The notes beneath the pieces are model-generated. The model did not search any database. It worked only from the letters and a program-made list of their open reading frames with translations, and was not told the origin of the DNA. Positions 61,381 through 64,000 of a stretch of 64,000 bases of DNA are shown here, piece after piece. A program made the position numbers and the translations under genes. Within the stretch, counting starts at the first letter, position 1. Each line of letters begins with the position of its first letter. This DNA comes from Chrysemys picta bellii (Eukaryota): assembly GCF_011386835.1 (NCBI RefSeq), contig NC_088793.1, forward strand, positions 170,066,001 through 170,130,000. The letters are read 5' to 3'.

Positions 61381-64000
61381 CATAGAATATCAGGGTTGGA
61401 AGGGACCTCAGGAGGTCATCTAGTCCAACCCCCTACTCAAAGCAGGACCAATTCCCAACTAAATCATCCCAGCCAGGACTTTCTCAAGCCTGACCTTAAC
61501 CTCTAAGAAAGGAGATTCCACCACCTCCCTATGTAACCCATTCCAGTGCTTCACCACCCTCCTAGTGAAAAAGATTTTCCTAATATCCAACCTAAACCTC
61601 CCGCACTGCAACTTGAGACCATTACTCCTTATTCTGTCATCTGGTACCACTGAGAACAGTCTAGATCCATCTTCCTTGGAACCCCCTTTCAGGTAGTTGA
61701 AAGCAGCTATTAAATCCCCCCTCGTTCTTCTCTTCTGCAGACTAAACAATCCCAGTTCCTTCAGCCTCTCCTCATAAGTCATGTGCTCCAGCCCCCTAAT
61801 CATTTTTGTTGCCCTCCCCTGGACTCTTTCCAATTTTTCCACATCCTTCTTGTAGTGGGGGGCCCAAAACTGGACACAGTACTCCAGATGAGCCTCACCA
61901 ATGCCGAATAGAGGGGAATGATCACGTCCCTCGATCTGCTGGCAATGCCCCTACTTATATAGCCCAAAATGTCGTTAGCCTTCTTGGCAACAAGGGCACA
62001 CTGTCGACTCATATCCAGCTTCTCATCCACTGTAACCCCTGGGTCCTTTTCTGCAGCACTGCTGCCTAGCCATTCTGTCCCTAGTCTGTAGCAGTGCATG
62101 GGATTCTTCCGTCCTAAGTGCAGGACTCTTCACTTGTCCTTGTTGAACCTCATCAGGTTTCTTTTGGCCCAATCCTCTAATTTGTCTAGGTCCCTCTGTA
62201 TCCTATCCCTACCCTCCAGCGTATCTACCACTCCTCCCAGTTTAGTGTCATCTGCAAACTTGCTGAGAGTGCAGTCCACGCCATCATCCAGATCATTAAT
62301 GAAGATATTGAACAAAACCGGCCCCAGGACCAATTCTTGGGGAACTCCGCTTGATACTGGTTGCCAGCTAGACATGGAGCCATTGATCACTACCCGCTGA
62401 GCCCGACGATCTAGCCAGCTTTCTATCCACCTTATAGTCCATTCATCCAGCCCATACTTCTTTAACTTGCCAGCAAGAATATTGTGGGAGACCGTATCAA
62501 AAGCTTTGCTAAAATCAAGGAATCCACTGCTTTTCCCTCATCCACAGAGCCAGTTATCTCTTCATAGAAGGAAATTAGGTTAGTCAGGCATGACTTGCCC
62601 TTGGTGAATCCATGCTGACTGTTCCTGATCACTTTCCTCTCCTCTACGTGCTTCAGAATTGATTCCTTGAGGACCCGCTCCATGATTTTTCCAAGGACTG
62701 AGGTGAGGCTGACTGGCCTGTAGTTCCCCGGATCCGCCTTCTTCCCTTTTTTAAAGATGGGCACTACATTAGCCTTTTTCCAGTCATATGGGACCTCCCC
62801 CGATCGCCATGAGTTTTCAAAGATAATGGCCAATGGCTCTGCAATCACATCCGCCAACTCCTTTAGCACCCTCAGATGCAGTGCATCCGGCCCCATGGAT
62901 TTGTGCTCATCCAACTTTTCTAAATAGTTCTGAACCACTTCTTTCTCCACGGTGGGCTGATCACCTCCTTCCCATGCTGTGCTGCCCAGTGCAGCAGTCT
63001 GGGAGCTGACCTTGTTCGTGAAGACAGAGACAAAAAAGCATTGAGTACATTAGCTTTTTCCACATCCTCTGTCACTAGGTTGCCTCCCTCATTCAGTAAG
63101 GGGTCCACACTTTCCTTGACTTTCTTCTTGTTGCTAACATACTGAAGAAACCCTTCTTGTTACTCTTAACATCTCTTGCTAGCTGCAACTCCAAGTGCGA
63201 TTTGGCCTTTCTGATTTCACTCCTGCATGCCTGAGCAATGTTTTTATACTCCTCCCTGGTCATTTGTCCAATCTTCCACTGCTTGTAAGCTTCTTTTTTG
63301 TGTTTAACATCAGCAAGGATTTCACCGTTAAGCCAAGCTGGTCACCTGCCATATTTACTATTCTTTCTACACATCGGGATGGTTTGTTCCTGCAACTTCA
63401 ATAAGGATTCTTTAAAATACAGCCAGCTCTCCTGGCCCCCTTTTCTCCTCATGTTATTCTCCCGGGGATCCTGCCCATCAGTTCCCCGAGGGAGTATCAG
63501 TCTGCTTTTCTGAAGTCCAGGGTCCGTATTCTGCTGTTCTCCTTTCTTCCTTGTGTCAGGATCCTGAATTAGACCATCTCATGGTCACTGCCTCCCAGGT
63601 TCCCATCCACTTTTGCTTCCCCTACTAATTCTTCCCGGTTTGTGAGCAGCAGGTCAAGAAGAGCTCTGCCCCTAGTTGGTTCCTCCAGCACTTGCACCAG
63701 GAAATTGTCCCCTACACTTTCCAAAAACTTTCCTGATTTTCTGCGCACCACTGTATTGCTCTCCCAGCAGATATCAGGGGTGATTAAAGTCTCCCCTGAG
63801 AACCAGGGCCCGTCATCTAGTAACTTCTGTTAGTTGCCAGAAGAAAGCCTCGTCCACCTCATCCCCCTGGTCTGATGGTCTATAGCAGACTCCCACCACG
63901 ACATCACCCTTGTTGCTCACACTTCTAAACTTAATCCAGAGACTCTCAGGTTTTTCTGCAGTTTCATACCGGAGCTCTGAGCAGTCATACTGTCATACAA
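61381..64000 (-). mobile_element. CR1 LINE, relatively young, ORF2 (APE endonuclease plus RT) fragmented; runs off the window end
   Basis: GDFN endonuclease motif region near 63790; RT motifs [33 protein letters not shown] and [10 protein letters not shown]; C-terminal [15 protein letters not shown]; ATTCTATG tail at 61381. Several frameshifts. Confidence 0.97.

Noticed and set aside
1-64000. Most ORF-track entries as standalone genes
   Set aside because: Short (60-140 aa), overlapping in several frames, no recognisable domains, and many lie inside MITEs or low-complexity tracts. Only CR1, RTE and hAT fragments show real motifs.
1-64000. CRISPR array or prokaryotic operon
   Set aside because: No regularly spaced repeat-spacer array; composition and repeats are vertebrate.

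Overview
Repeat-rich, AT-rich vertebrate nuclear DNA, almost certainly turtle: it carries the tortoise Pol III/SINE with a CR1-derived tail and CR1 LINEs of the type I recognise from turtles. It looks intronic or intergenic, and I could not identify any host gene. Most ORF-track entries are chance ORFs or transposon fragments. The window holds six CR1 LINE copies (the longest, 61381-64000, retains endonuclease and RT motifs), an RTE-clade LINE fragment, tRNA/CORE SINEs, many hAT and Harbinger-like MITEs (several with 8-bp TSDs), a hAT transposase remnant, a probable solo LTR and a few weak candidate exons. The most interesting signal is a family of short Penelope-like elements carrying minimal type I hammerhead ribozyme motifs: four motif copies in three insertions, plus a 43-bp terminal remnant. 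Three of the four insertions have 13-14 bp TSDs that end in CAA at the element's 3' junction. One insertion is a near-perfect 160-bp palindrome with two head-to-head ribozyme motifs. All calls are by eye; boundaries without a TSD or TIR are approximate.
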